Source: Vicugna vicugna (Eukaryota). From it: 64,000 bases of DNA. A program made the translations under genes and the position numbers. Below, one piece after another: positions 61,151 to 64,000 of the stretch. Every line of letters begins with the position of its first letter. The stretch's first letter is position 1. The notes beneath the pieces were generated by a model. That model worked only from the letters and a program-made list of their open reading frames with translations, made no database searches and had not been told where the DNA came from. The stretch spans positions 8,721,819-8,785,818 of the forward strand of contig MU058065.1 of the NCBI GenBank assembly GCA_013265495.1, read 5' to 3'.

Positions 61151-63019
61151 ACGACCTTGTACTCACTCCAAAGGTGAGTACACTAGTCTAGTGAGGAAGT
61201 TGAAATAAACGATTAGAGACTGATTTATTGATGCAGATATGCACAAATTGTTATGGAGGCACAGGACAGCATAACGGAAGAAGAGTGGAATGGAGGGATG
61301 GTCAGAAGAGGCTTCTCAGAAGATGTGTCTCCAAGACTGTTTCTTAAGTGATGTGTAGAAATTACAAGGATGGAGCACTATGGGGGTGGCAGAGGAGGCT
61401 GACATTCCAGACGGAGGGGCCAAGGCAGGGAATGTTGGTAAGGCAGCAGATCTCATGGAAGACTATGAACCAGATGGTTTAAAAAAAAAAAAAAAGCAGC
61501 TATGGGACAGCAGAAATATTTGAAGGTTGTTTTCTGAGAGAAGATTTGGAATCTAAGATTTCTGAGGTGGAGCACTTCCAGATGATGAGACGATGCATAG
61601 GGTCACGCTGGGCGTGTTGGCTGAAATGAACAGGTGGTGAAGGTCATTAGGGTTCGATGAACGTCCCAACATTTTTAGGCCAAGTAGATTCCTTACAACT
61701 CTATGATTCTATTAAGTACCAGGCTTTTCTCTAAATGAATGAATTTGTAAAATGCATTATACAAAAGCTGGTTGCCTAATTAAAAGTTGCTATTTTACTC
61801 AGCTTTCACAAATACACTGCCTGGACATTACGATCAAAGCAATGTGACAGAAATTGGAGACTGTCTTTGGCAACTAAATCAGGGGCAGTCTTTGCCAACT
61901 GCTACCTGCTTCTCTATGGCTCCAGAGCTCCTGGGAAAAAGATTGCTCTGGGATCTATAGCATCCCCATAATTTTCTGTATCTTCTGAATGAAACTCAAA
62001 AAGGTGGTCCCTATGAAACACAATCCCTACTCAATTTTCATCTTGGATACAGAATACTTGTGCTGTACATTTCATAGCCACTCTCCTTCCCTGCTACTCG
62101 CTGGGAAAGGTCACATTGATGTCCACTCTATCATGTGAGAAAAAAAAAGTTCTCATTCTAAAAAAAAAATGGTTTCAAGTTTCAACTTGTGGTGAATTTT
62201 TATGGTTGACTTACAAAGGTCTGAAGACTGAGGGGGAGCATGAGAGGTTTACAATGGAAACGCTGACTGCTTTCTGATTTACCGGTGCTGACAAGCATCT
62301 ACTTCACTTAAATCTCACAGATGTAAACATGAATCTTGCACTTCTGGGTTTCTTGTGGGGTTATCGATGAGGAAGACAGCAAATGTGCTGACTTCACTGG
62401 AAATTCCCTTGTAAAAAGACCCTTACTAACATTTTGAAAATTGAATCTCCCAGTCCTGATAATGCTCACTGACCAACCAAATAATGCATTCCTGACAAAT
62501 GTAACCTGTGAGAACGAAGAGAAAAGACTCTTCTCCCTTAACCACATGGCCTGTGTACCAGCTGGCGCTTCTCAAGCATTTGTTTGGGATTTAAGAGGAA
62601 GAGTCCAATCGTGACCAGGGCACAGCAAAGGCCTCTACACAGGGCCCGGTGTTCCCAAATGTTTCCTGCCTTTAGACAACATTTCTTGGAAACTTTAGAA
62701 TGAAAAGCTTCCATTATTTTGCTCTTCCAGGAAATGATTCACAGTATTTCCAAAACCAACAGAATCTCTCATACAGCAGAATATTTGAATTCCCAAAGCA
62801 GGAATTGCTCTTTGCAGACCTCCACGATCTCCTTGTTCATTAGGTTTATGTCTATTAGTCTCTTATTTGCTGATGAATCTTGCAATTTGGTCCCAAATAA
62901 AACAGAGTTGAAATTTTTTAGTGTTAATTTTTTTTTTTAATTAAAAAGATTTCTTCCAGTTTCCTTAAAGCACATTCAGGATCCTGGTTCTGTCTTCCAG
63001 GACAGGGATCTGACGGTAG

Positions 63020-63230
63020 TGCAGAGGAGACATGTGGGGTAGTGGAAAGAATGTTAGAGATCACATTCATCAGATCTCAGGCCCTCGTCTGTGACTTACT
63101 GGCAGGAGAACACTGGGCTCATCCTGTAACCCCTGGGCCTCAATTTCCTCAATTATAAGAATTGTAACACTGCCTGCTGAAGTTTTAAAAAAAATCAGAA
63201 GACCTAATATTTGTAAAAGAGATGTGTAAA
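63020..63230 (+). mobile_element. MIR (degraded)
   Basis: gtagtggaaaga...ctgtgacttactgg...ctgggcctcaatttcctcaattataa. Confidence 0.5.
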
Positions 63231-64000
63231 CAAAGATGTCAAGCAAAATGATGTCCGATTATCACTGTAAGTGTAATTACTTGGAAATGGGGCTCTTTCT
63301 TACTCATTCAAAGTATGGGATGCCACCCCTGTCTGCCAGTAAGGCAGATTCCTTTGTCCTGGGCAAAGCATTCTAATGCAGAATGCCTCTAAGTGGCTAA
63401 TGGTGTTGGTAACAGGATTTAGGCATACGTGGGCACCTGATCAGTAAAGCTCCCCACACAATTCTCTGGAGAAAAGTCGAGGCTGTCCTGAGGGCCTCTG
63501 GTGCCAAGATGCTTTAGAAACATTCTGCTCTACATGCCCTTATAGCTTGTCTTATATACCCATTATTACTTGTTATTGCTTGAATTTAGACCCCTGGGTA
63601 CTCAAATTTCTGCTATTAGAATTCCAACACCTTCAAAGTGTTTGGATCCCATTAGAAAAGAAGGAATAGTGCCATTTATACAACCAATAGCACTCAGTTC
63701 GTCTGCCCTCTGAGGTGGAAGCTGAGGGGTGCTGGCTACATAGGACAGAACACTCACTGACTCAGCTTTCTGGGAGGTTGCCTATGGAGGGCTCAATACT
63801 TTCCTTCTTTCCTTCCTTCCTTCCCTTAGAATTGCTCTCAGCTGAAGGGAGCTTACAATGCCTGATCAATATTGGGAGAGGAAAATCTGGCCCCAGGGCT
63901 CAATTTAGGACAGATCTGAAGGGCCATCCAGCTTCGGAGCTTTCTGTGGGATTGGCTGAGGGCTTTGATGAGGCAACTGCTTAATGGTTTAACTTTTACC

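Noticed and set aside
413..63767. Scattered AP-1 heptamers (TGACTCA/TGAGTCA)
   Set aside because: Number is compatible with chance in 64 kb and they are not clustered.

Overview
Mammalian (not prokaryotic) genomic DNA containing one complete protein-coding gene, NAB1 (NGFI-A/EGR-binding corepressor 1), on the + strand. It has a CpG-island promoter at ~2.5-4.0 kb, probable non-coding 5' exons, and seven coding exons (13719-39225) that splice with GT-AG junctions into a 1464-nt, 487-codon ORF plus stop. A ~2.4 kb 3' UTR ends near AATAAA 41649. The rest is AT-rich intron and ~22 kb of downstream intergenic DNA with L1, L2, MIR, MLT1 LTR, Tigger1 and MER5-type repeats. A tRNA-Ala-derived SINE suggests a camelid source (inference). 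No CRISPR, rRNA or functional tRNA is supportable. The best leads are regulatory and all untested. (1) A candidate spliced uORF of ~97-110 aa starting MGAGAS (N-myristoylation-like) runs through the predicted 5' UTR exons and can overlap the NAB1 start. (2) A compact alternative-processing module surrounds coding exon 4: a U12-donor-like motif in the acceptor, an in-frame cryptic exon 43 nt downstream, and an intronic polyA signal. (3) Perfect EGR sites lie in the promoter. (4) There is an XBP1/CREB3-type palindrome, plus NF-kB/STAT motif clusters. (5) A perfect 46-bp duplication has a templated AT filler. Repeat family names and boundaries are by eye and approximate.
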